NCBI GenBank assembly: GCA_963666565.1
Contig: OY762911.1
Coordinates: forward strand, 96,001-160,000
Source: Thermoanaerobaculia bacterium
GTDB taxonomy: Bacteria; Acidobacteriota; Thermoanaerobaculia; Multivoradales; Multivoraceae
Direction of reading: 5' to 3'
Length of the DNA: 64,000 nucleotides
Shown here: in pieces, positions 56,705 to 64,000 of the stretch
Layout: each line of letters begins with the position of its first letter
Position numbering within the stretch: position 1 is the stretch's first letter
Program-made: the position numbers and the translations under genes
Notes under the pieces: model-generated
Databases searched by the model: none
What the model was told of the DNA's origin: nothing
What the model saw: the letters and a program-made list of their open reading frames with translations, nothing else

Positions 56705-56986
56705 ATGAAGACCACGATCGAACTTCCCGGCACGACGCTCCGCCGCGCAAAGGTTCTGGCCGCCGGGCGCGGAATGACTCTGAAACGCTTCTTTACCGAT
56801 GCCGTCGAACTGCACCTTGGTCGATACGCTGAGCGCACCGATCCTCACTCCGCGCCACCGGGTTCGCCGGAGCCGCCCTGGATGGCCGGCTTCGGAGGCC
56901 TCGCCGACCTCGGCGACGAGCATCGGATCCTCCGCGAGGCCATCGAAGAGGAGTTCGAGAAGCTCGACCCCGGCGACGTTCCGTGA
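56705..56986 (+). CDS. VapB-like RHH antitoxin
   Basis: MKTTIELP....RRAK..AA.RG.TL; GTGA overlap with toxin. Confidence 0.85.
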   Translation: MKTTIELPGTTLRRAKVLAAGRGMTLKRFFTDAVELHLGRYAERTDPHSAPPGSPEPPWMAGFGGLADLGDEHRILREAIEEEFEKLDPGDVP

Positions 56987-57360
56987 TTCTCGACACGAAC
57001 GCGCTGTCGGCCTGGGCCGAAGGGCTCACGCCGGTCGAAGCGCCGCTGCGCTCGGCGCAGCGGTTGGTCGTGCCCAGCATCGTCCTCGGCGAGTACTACT
57101 TCGGCGTGCGCATGTCACGCCAGAGACGGCGCTACGAGCAATGGCTCCGGCTCCACCTGCCTCTCGCCGAAGTGGCAACCGTTACGTCCGCGACGGCCGA
57201 CATCTACGCCGAAATCCGGTTGCAACTGAGACGAGCCGGTACGCCGATACCTTCCAACGACACATGGATCGCAGCGCTCTGCCAACAGCACGCCTTGCCC
57301 GTTCTGAGCAACGACGCGCACTTCGACGCCGTCGCGGGTGTCCGCCGGATCGCCTTCTGA
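56983..57360 (+). CDS. vapC: PIN-domain toxin
   Basis: ILDTN, GE, GTPIP.ND.WIAA, S.D.HFD. Confidence 0.93.
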   Translation: MILDTNALSAWAEGLTPVEAPLRSAQRLVVPSIVLGEYYFGVRMSRQRRRYEQWLRLHLPLAEVATVTSATADIYAEIRLQLRRAGTPIPSNDTWIAALCQQHALPVLSNDAHFDAVAGVRRIAF

Positions 57361-57428
57361 CCGCTCGTCGGCACGCGATACGATCCACCCGTCCACCGAC
57401 ACGCCAACTTTCCGGGCTGAAACACCTC

Positions 57429-59009
57429 ATGAACCAGAAAGCACACCGCAGCCTGACCGCGACCCTCGTCCCTGTGGCGACGATCGCCGGCGCCCTCCTC
57501 GCGATACCGCCGGCCGCCGCCGCCGACGCGCCGACCTACAGCCGCGATGTCGCGCCGATCTTCTTCAAGAACTGCGTGCAGTGCCACCGGACCGGCGAGG
57601 TCGCTCCGATGTCGCTGATGACCTACCGGGAAGCGCGACCGTGGGCCCGCTCGATCGCCCGCGCGGTCGAGAACCGCGACATGCCGCCGTGGAGCGGCGA
57701 GTCCGAGAACCACGTCTGGTCGAACGACCTCTCGCTCTCCTCTGCCGAGATCGAGACGATCGTCGCCTGGGCCAAGTCCGGCGCCCCGCAGGGCAACCCC
57801 GCCGACCTGCCCGAAGCCCCGACCTTCCCGAAGGGCTGGAAGCTCGGCGAGCCCGACTTCGTCGTCACGCTCGACAGCATCGAGGTGCCGGCCGAAGGCG
57901 ACGATCTCTTCCCGCAGCAGGTGATCGACGTCGACCTCGGCGAGCCGCGCTGGGTCCGCGCCATCGAGTTCCTGCCGGAGGACTCCCGCGTCACGCATCA
58001 CTTCCTGACGACCTACGTGAGCGAACTGAACGAGGGCGATCCCGCCGCCTCCGGCGTCCTCGGCATCTGGACGGCCGGCATGCCGCCCTACGTCTTCCCG
58101 GAGGGCGTCGGCCGCCGCTTCGGCTCGAAGATCCGCATCGTCGTCGATCAGCACTACCACCCGATCGGCGAAGCGACGAGCGACGCCTCGCGGATCGGTC
58201 TCCACTTCGGCGAAGGCGATCTCGAGAAGGAAGTCATCACGATTCCGGTGACCAACACCGGCCTGCGCATTCCGCCGGGGGCCGCGCACCACGCCGAGAA
58301 CGCCCACTACCTGTTCGACAAGGACGTCCAGATCCTCGCCTTCAGCCCGCACATGCACGTCCGCGGCAAGGCGATGACCTACGTCGTCACCTACCCCGAC
58401 GGTTCCACCGAGACCCTGCTGGACGTGCCGAACTACGACTACAACTGGCAGTGGCTGTACTACCCGACCATGCCGATCGACATTCCGGCCGGCAGCCGCC
58501 TCGACGTCACCGCCGTCTGGGACAACTCCGAGGACAACCCGGCCAACCCGGACCCGACGCAGGAGATCATCTACCGCGGCGACACGTTCAGCGAGATGTT
58601 CAACGGGTTCATCGAGGTCACCCGGAAGGAAGGCGTCCTCTTCGAGCAGCAGAATCAGAGGGAGCAGATCCTCGACCTGCTGGCGCTGCACCCGGCGCAG
58701 GACTCCTGGGTGTCCGGCGGCTTCATGGGCTTCCACGTTCCGCGCGAAGGCGAAGGCTGGCTCTACATGGGCGGCATCTACTCGATCGTCCTCGACGACT
58801 TCGAGTGGCAGGGCGACGCCCTTCGGATCACGACGCAGTTCCCCACCCTGAACGCGAGCGCCACGACGACCGTGATCGAGGGCCGGCTCAACGAGCAGGG
58901 TCAACTCCGGGGAACGGTCACGATCGGCGCGGACACCGACCAGCCACAGCAGATGCCGCTCTTCGCCGAGCCGGTCGGCGGCGGGACGGCGTCGTCCGCG
59001 GGCCCGTAG
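57429..59009 (+). CDS. Second secreted cytochrome c + Cu type II monooxygenase-domain protein
   Basis: CVQCH, HH, HYH, PHMHVRGK, YDYNWQ, SEMF; extra C-terminal domain. Confidence 0.8.
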   Translation: MNQKAHRSLTATLVPVATIAGALLAIPPAAAADAPTYSRDVAPIFFKNCVQCHRTGEVAPMSLMTYREARPWARSIARAVENRDMPPWSGESENHVWSNDLSLSSAEIETIVAWAKSGAPQGNPADLPEAPTFPKGWKLGEPDFVVTLDSIEVPAEGDDLFPQQVIDVDLGEPRWVRAIEFLPEDSRVTHHFLTTYVSELNEGDPAASGVLGIWTAGMPPYVFPEGVGRRFGSKIRIVVDQHYHPIGEATSDASRIGLHFGEGDLEKEVITIPVTNTGLRIPPGAAHHAENAHYLFDKDVQILAFSPHMHVRGKAMTYVVTYPDGSTETLLDVPNYDYNWQWLYYPTMPIDIPAGSRLDVTAVWDNSEDNPANPDPTQEIIYRGDTFSEMFNGFIEVTRKEGVLFEQQNQREQILDLLALHPAQDSWVSGGFMGFHVPREGEGWLYMGGIYSIVLDDFEWQGDALRITTQFPTLNASATTTVIEGRLNEQGQLRGTVTIGADTDQPQQMPLFAEPVGGGTASSAGP

Positions 59010-59018
59010 CCGCACCAC

Positions 59019-59045
59019 CGCGTGCGCCGGCGTCGCCGCCGGCAT
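59019..59045 (+). repeat. REP-like hairpin (stem GCCGGCG)
   Basis: GTGC-GCCGGCG-TCGC-CGCCGGC-AT. Confidence 0.6.
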
Positions 59046-59092
59046 CCGGGCCGAGCCGCTAGTGTCGCGAGGCTGCCGGGCCAGCGCCGGTC

Positions 59093-60016
59093 ATGAAACC
59101 GCTGCACATCGAGACGCCGCTCTTCGAATCGCGGCCGCTGTCCGTCCACGCTGGCCGGAGCGTCTGGCTGAAGCTCGACGCGCTGCAGCCGCCCGGCTCG
59201 TTCAAGATCCGCGGCATCGGCTTCGCCTGCCAGGAGTACGTTCGGCGGGGCGCCAGGCGCCTGATCTCCTCGTCCGGCGGCAACGCGGGGATCGCGGTGG
59301 CCTACGCCGGGCGGCATCTCTCGGCGCCCGTCCTCATCGTCGTGCCCGAAACCACGTCCGAGCTGGCCAAGGCCCTGATCCGGCGGGAAGGCGCCGAGGT
59401 CGTCGTCCACGGCGAATCCTGGCAGGAAGCGAACGAACTGGCCGAGTCGACGGTCGGCGAGTCGGACGTGCTGGTCCATCCGTTCGACGACCCGCTCGTC
59501 TGGCAAGGCCACTCCACCCTGATCGACGAGGTCGCGGGGTCGGGAATCAAACCCGGCGCCGTGGTCGTCTCCGTCGGCGGGGGCGGGCTGCTGTGCGGCC
59601 TCGTCGAGGGGATGAGGCGAAACGGCTGGTCCGACGTCCCGGTGATCGCCGTCGAAACGGAAGGCGCCGACTCCCTGGCTCAGTCGGTGCGGGCGGGCCG
59701 CCGGGTCGAACTCCACGCCATCACCAGTCTCGCCATCACGCTGGGGGCCAAGAAGGTCTGCCAACGGGCGTTCGACTCCACCCGGGACCATCCGCTTCGG
59801 AGCGTCGTGGTCTCAGACCGGGCCGCTGTCTCAGCCTGTCAGCGGTTCCTCGCCGACCACCGCGTGGTCGTGGAGCCAGCTTGCGGCGCCTCGCTCGCCG
59901 CCGTGTACGACGGCGCGCCGGAGCTGGAGGATTTCGAGTCCGTCCTGGTCGTCGTCTGCGGCGGCGCGACGACCACGCTCGAACAGTTGAGAGAATGGGC
60001 GGATGGCGATGCGTGA
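59093..60016 (+). CDS. PLP-dependent L-serine/threonine dehydratase (short, no regulatory domain)
   Basis: GSFKIRG, SSGGNAG, HPFD, SVGGGGL, EPACG, VCGG. Confidence 0.9.
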   Translation: MKPLHIETPLFESRPLSVHAGRSVWLKLDALQPPGSFKIRGIGFACQEYVRRGARRLISSSGGNAGIAVAYAGRHLSAPVLIVVPETTSELAKALIRREGAEVVVHGESWQEANELAESTVGESDVLVHPFDDPLVWQGHSTLIDEVAGSGIKPGAVVVSVGGGGLLCGLVEGMRRNGWSDVPVIAVETEGADSLAQSVRAGRRVELHAITSLAITLGAKKVCQRAFDSTRDHPLRSVVVSDRAAVSACQRFLADHRVVVEPACGASLAAVYDGAPELEDFESVLVVVCGGATTTLEQLREWADGDA

Positions 60017-61478
60017 CGAAGTCCTGCTGGCCGTCCTCGCGCTAGCCGCCGCTTGCGCCGGCCCCTCCGAGCCGCCTGCCGGCGTGGAGACGGGCGCCGA
60101 CAATCCAGCCATCGACGCGATCTTCGCCTCGTGGGACAAACCCGATTCACCGGGATGCGCGCTCGCCGTCGCCCGAAACGGCGAGTTCGTCTACACGCGC
60201 GGCTACGGCTACGCCAACCTCGACTACGACATTCCGGTCACGCCGCGGACGGTCTTCGACGTCGCCTCGGTGACCAAGCAGTTCGTCGCCGCCGTCGCCA
60301 ACCTGCTGGCGCTGGACGGCACGGTCTCGCTCGACGACGGGGTCCGCCAGTGGCTTCCGGAGCTACCCGAGTACGCGTCGCCGGTCACCCTGCGGCACCT
60401 GATCCACCACACGGGCGGCCTGCGCGACTATCTGAACCTGTTCCCGCTCGCCGGCAGCCACGACTACTACGCCGTCTCCCGCGAACAACTCCTGGCGATG
60501 ATGTCGCGGCAGCGCGCGCCGGTGTTCGCTCCCGGCGAGCGCTACGAGTACAGCAACACCGGCTACATGCTGCTGGCGCACGCGCTCGAACGCGCCGCCG
60601 GCAAGTCGCTGGGCGAGCTGGCCCGGGAGAGGATCTTCGAGCCGCTCGGGATGGACGGCAGCCTGATGTACGAGAACCGCGAGGAGATCATCCCGCGGCG
60701 CGCCACCGGCTACCACCGGGACGACGATGGCAACCTGCGGATCGTGCACAACTACGACTTCGAGATCGCCGGCGACGGGCAGCTTTACACGACGGTCGAG
60801 GACCTGCTGCGCTGGGACGACTACCTGCACGGCAAAGCCAAGCCGGCGATCCATGAGTCGATGCTGACCGAGGGGACGCTCAACAACGGCGAATCAACCG
60901 AGTACGCCCACGGCATCACGCTCGGTGAGTATCGCGGCCTGCGCACCGTGGGTCACGGCGGGCACTCCTGGGGCTTCCTGACGGAACTCAGGCGATACGT
61001 GGACGCCGGTCTGTCGATCGCCGTCTCCTGCAACGCCGAGTACGGGGCGCCCGGAGAGTTGGCGCAACGCGTTGTCGATCACTACCTGGCGGGTCGGCTC
61101 GGGCCCGAAGAAAGCGACGACGAGAAGGACGATGCCGACGACAAGGACGAGGACTCGCCAGCCGCTCCGTCCCTGTCATCCGCCGATCTGGCCGAGTTCG
61201 CCGGCAGCTTCTTCTCCGCCGAACTGGACGCCACCTACCGGTTCGCCGCCGGCGAAGGAGGGCTCACGCTGCGCGTCGAGCAGCAACCCGCGCTTGAAGT
61301 GCAACCGGTCGCTGAGGACGCGTTCCGGGTCGAGTTCGAGAGCCGTGGATGGGCAGCGTCGCCGGCGCGGCTGGAGTTCGATCGCGACGGGTCCGGGGCG
61401 GTCAACGGGTTCAGCCTGAGTTCGGGGTCGGAACGGGGGCTGGTGTTCGAGAAGGTGCCGGCGCTGGAGGTCCGATGA
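60009..61478 (+). CDS. Serine hydrolase, D-aminopeptidase/beta-lactamase-like lipoprotein
   Basis: AAAC lipobox, SVTK, YSN, HGG. Confidence 0.9.
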   Translation: MRDEVLLAVLALAAACAGPSEPPAGVETGADNPAIDAIFASWDKPDSPGCALAVARNGEFVYTRGYGYANLDYDIPVTPRTVFDVASVTKQFVAAVANLLALDGTVSLDDGVRQWLPELPEYASPVTLRHLIHHTGGLRDYLNLFPLAGSHDYYAVSREQLLAMMSRQRAPVFAPGERYEYSNTGYMLLAHALERAAGKSLGELARERIFEPLGMDGSLMYENREEIIPRRATGYHRDDDGNLRIVHNYDFEIAGDGQLYTTVEDLLRWDDYLHGKAKPAIHESMLTEGTLNNGESTEYAHGITLGEYRGLRTVGHGGHSWGFLTELRRYVDAGLSIAVSCNAEYGAPGELAQRVVDHYLAGRLGPEESDDEKDDADDKDEDSPAAPSLSSADLAEFAGSFFSAELDATYRFAAGEGGLTLRVEQQPALEVQPVAEDAFRVEFESRGWAASPARLEFDRDGSGAVNGFSLSSGSERGLVFEKVPALEVR

Positions 61479-63064
61479 GGAGGACAAAGCGGAGCCAGGC
61501 CTTCGGCCTCGCGCGTTTCTTCACAAGCCGGCGGGGACGCCGGCGCACCCAGTGTGTGGCGATGTTGCTCGGCGCCGGCTTCGCCCTGACGGCCTGCGCC
61601 CCCGGCGACTCGACGCCCGGCGGCACGGTCATCGTCAACGCCCGCGTCATCGACGGCAGCGGCGGACCGTCGCGGGACGTCAACGTGCGCATCGAAGGCG
61701 ACCGCATCGCCGCGGTCGGTCACTTCGAACCCTCACCAGACCACGCCGTCGTCGACGCGGGCGGCCTGGTCCTGGCGCCCGGCTTCATCGACGTTCACAG
61801 TCACCACGACCACAAGCTGTTCGACATGCCGGACGCCCTGGCGGCGGTCAACCAAGGCATCACGACCATCGTGGCCGGGCAGGACGGAGGCCACCAGTAC
61901 CCGCTCGCCGAGTTCTTCGGCCGACTCGACGCAACGCCGGCCGCCGTCAACGTCGCATCCTTCGCCGGGTTCGGGACGCTGCGTGGCGAGGTCATGGGCG
62001 ATGACTACCAACGCCATGCGACGCCGGAAGAAGTGGCGACAATGGCCGACCTCCTCCGCGCCGAACTAGAAGCCGGCGCTCTCGGCCTCTCGTCCGGCCT
62101 GGAGTACGACCCCGGCTCCTTCTCGACGACCGAAGAGGTGATCGAACTCGCCCGCGTGGCGGCCGCGCACGGTGGCACCTACATCAGCCACATCCGCAGC
62201 GAGGACCGCTACTTCTGGGAAGCGATCGAGGAGATCGTCCGGATCGGCCGGGAAGCCGACCTGCCCGTCCAGGTGACTCACATGAAGCTCGCCATGAACA
62301 ACTGGTGGGGCCAGGCTGACCGGCTCCTCACCAGACTGGACGAAGCCCGCGCCTCGGGCGTCGTGATCACGGCCGACATCTACCCCTACCGGGCCTGGAG
62401 CACGTCCTTTACCTGGCTGACGACCGTGTTCCCTGACCGCGATCTCGACCGGCGGGACGGCGCGAAGTACATCCTCACCGATCTGCTGTCGCCCGACGAC
62501 GTCCTCCTCCCCGACTTCCTGCCGGAACCGGCCTACAACGGCCTGACGCTGGCCGAGATCGCCGAGGTCCGCGGCGCCGACGTGGAAACGACCCTGATGG
62601 ACCTGCTCAAGGCCGACACCGAGATGGGCGGCGAATCCTCAATGATCGGTTTCGCCATGGACGAACCGGACATCGAGGCCATCATGGCCTGGCCGCACGC
62701 CGTCATCTGCAGCGACGGCGGCCTCGACGGTTCCCATCCGCGCGGGTTCGGCGCCTTCACCCGGTTCCTCGGGCACTACGTTCGCCAGCGCAACGTCGTC
62801 AGTCTCGAAGAGGGCATTCGCAAGATGACCTCGCTCTCCGCCGAGCACGTGAGGATCACGGATCGCGGCGCGATCGAGGAGGGGTACTACGCCGACCTCG
62901 TGCTGTTCGACCCCGAGACCGTCATCGATCATTCGACCTACGAGGACCCGCACGTGCTTTCCGCAGGGATCGAGAAGGTCTGGGTCAACGGCGAACTCGT
63001 GTACGACGGCGGCGAGACGACCGGCCACCGGCCCGGCAGCGTGATCCGGCGTTCCGGGTCGTGA
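61475..63064 (+). CDS. N-acyl-D-amino acid deacylase (amidohydrolase)
   Basis: PGFIDVHSH, SHIRSE, THMK, SDG...HPR.FG, ADLVLFD. Confidence 0.92.
   Translation: MRRTKRSQAFGLARFFTSRRGRRRTQCVAMLLGAGFALTACAPGDSTPGGTVIVNARVIDGSGGPSRDVNVRIEGDRIAAVGHFEPSPDHAVVDAGGLVLAPGFIDVHSHHDHKLFDMPDALAAVNQGITTIVAGQDGGHQYPLAEFFGRLDATPAAVNVASFAGFGTLRGEVMGDDYQRHATPEEVATMADLLRAELEAGALGLSSGLEYDPGSFSTTEEVIELARVAAAHGGTYISHIRSEDRYFWEAIEEIVRIGREADLPVQVTHMKLAMNNWWGQADRLLTRLDEARASGVVITADIYPYRAWSTSFTWLTTVFPDRDLDRRDGAKYILTDLLSPDDVLLPDFLPEPAYNGLTLAEIAEVRGADVETTLMDLLKADTEMGGESSMIGFAMDEPDIEAIMAWPHAVICSDGGLDGSHPRGFGAFTRFLGHYVRQRNVVSLEEGIRKMTSLSAEHVRITDRGAIEEGYYADLVLFDPETVIDHSTYEDPHVLSAGIEKVWVNGELVYDGGETTGHRPGSVIRRSGS
61527..61551 (-). 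repeat. REP-like hairpin inside the deacylase 5' region
   Basis: TGGGTGC-GCCGGCG-TCCC-CGCCGGC on minus strand. Confidence 0.7.
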
Positions 63065-63138
63065 GTGCTGGATCGAGCTCGCGCCGGCTCGGACGACCGC
63101 TGGCCAGAAGAACACATCTGCATGCTATTGTGTTCTCC

Positions 63139-63381
63139 ATGAACAAGACCATCACCCTGAGACTGGACGAGGGCGCCTACGAGGAGTTGAAAGAGGCGGC
63201 GCAGGCAGAGAATCGGCCTTTGTCGAATCTCATCGAGACGGCAGCGCTGGCCAGAGTTCGCGAGCAGCAGTTCGTCGACGACGCCGAGATGGCCGAGATT
63301 CTGGAGAACGAGTCGTTGCTGAAGCGGCTTCGGGCGGGCTCGCGCGATGCCTCGCTGCGCAAGGGCGCGTTCGTTGATTGA
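63139..63381 (+). CDS. RHH/CopG antitoxin
   Basis: KTITLRLD...Y......A..ENR.LSN.IE.A; TG-C-TATTGT 7 nt upstream of ATG. Confidence 0.85.
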   Translation: MNKTITLRLDEGAYEELKEAAQAENRPLSNLIETAALARVREQQFVDDAEMAEILENESLLKRLRAGSRDASLRKGAFVD

Positions 63382-63655
63382 CTATCGGCTGTTCGAGACC
63401 GATCAGTTCAGGCGAGACCTGCGCAAGATCTCCCGCGGGGGCCATCGAGCCGTCGTCGAGAAGCTGCGAAGAGTGGTGTACCCGCAGTTGCGTCAGCATC
63501 CTCACATGGGGCCACACATTCGACGCCTCAAGGGCTTCGAGCCGCCGACCTGGCGCTACCGCATCGGGGCCTGGCGCTTCTTCTACGAGGTCGACGACCA
63601 GCAACGGATCGTCCTGCTTCTCACTGCGGTTCACCGCGGCGCTGCGTATCGCTAG
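63374..63655 (+). CDS. RelE/ParE-family toxin
   Basis: F..DL.K, P..G..I..L, WRYRIG.WR.FY.VD, HR..AY. Confidence 0.88.
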   Translation: MIDYRLFETDQFRRDLRKISRGGHRAVVEKLRRVVYPQLRQHPHMGPHIRRLKGFEPPTWRYRIGAWRFFYEVDDQQRIVLLLTAVHRGAAYR

Positions 63656-63699
63656 AGTCTCGGTTTCCGGCGGACCCCAACGCCGTGGGAATCGAGTCG

Positions 63700-64000
63700 A
63701 TGGCACACGGATTCACCGACCGCGACGTACCCGACCAGTCGGGGCGGACGTTTCTCGTCACCGGCGCGAACACCGGCATCGGCTTCGAGACGGCCCGGGT
63801 GTTGGCGCGGCGTGGCGGACGCGTGCTGCTGGGCTGTCGCTCGGAGGAGCGAGCCGCCGGCGCGATCGCCAGGATTCACGCCGAATCCCCTGAGGCCGAC
63901 ATCGAGTTCCTGCCCCTCGACCAGGCGGACCTTGCCTGCGTCCGCGCGGCCGCCGAGCGGGCCGCCGCCGAGCCCCGGCTCGACGTGCTCGTCAACAACG
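63700..64000 (+). CDS. SDR, retinol-dehydrogenase/WWOX-like (3' truncated by window edge)
   Basis: PDQSGRTFLVTGANTGIG, CRS, VNN; absent from the ORF track because it has no stop in the window. Confidence 0.9.
   Translation, partial: MAHGFTDRDVPDQSGRTFLVTGANTGIGFETARVLARRGGRVLLGCRSEERAAGAIARIHAESPEADIEFLPLDQADLACVRAAAERAAAEPRLDVLVNN

Noticed and set aside
54538-57360. ADP-ribosylglycohydrolase as part of a toxin/defence system with the adjacent VapBC
   Set aside because: No ADP-ribosyltransferase is nearby, and the TA pair looks like one of the many independent insertions.

Overview
High-GC bacterial window. The gene content (sulfatases, DUF1549/1553 plus DUF1501, TonB receptor, cytochrome-c/Cu-monooxygenase fusions, WD40 protein, many TA pairs) suggests a diderm, probably Acidobacteriota-like and possibly host-associated organism; this is inference. 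The backbone is catabolic and transport genes: katG, SDRs, serine hydrolases, sulfatases, MFS/SSS/ABC transporters and glycoside-hydrolase-like proteins. On top of it sit four accessory features. (i) Seven intact type II toxin-antitoxin modules plus remnants, scattered between genes. (ii) A dispersed REP-like hairpin family with a fixed TGGGTGC leader and co-varying stems, some copies inside N-terminal coding regions. (iii) A defence island at about 29.9-34.1 kb: Vsr, C5 methyltransferase, small PD-(D/E)xK nuclease, HEPN protein and an orphan nuclease-like protein. (iv) The most striking item, a 1.87-kb element (34130-36005) bounded by a GACTAG direct repeat. On its coding strand it reads TC...CTAG with a subterminal hairpin, has a multi-branched structured leader that hides the RBS, and encodes one 533-aa protein with Rep_trans-like (non-HUH, non-DDE) motifs and a winged HTH. 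It is a candidate rolling-circle transposon of a type I cannot place in a named IS family. No rRNA, tRNA or CRISPR array was seen. All family calls come from reading motifs by eye; no searches were run.
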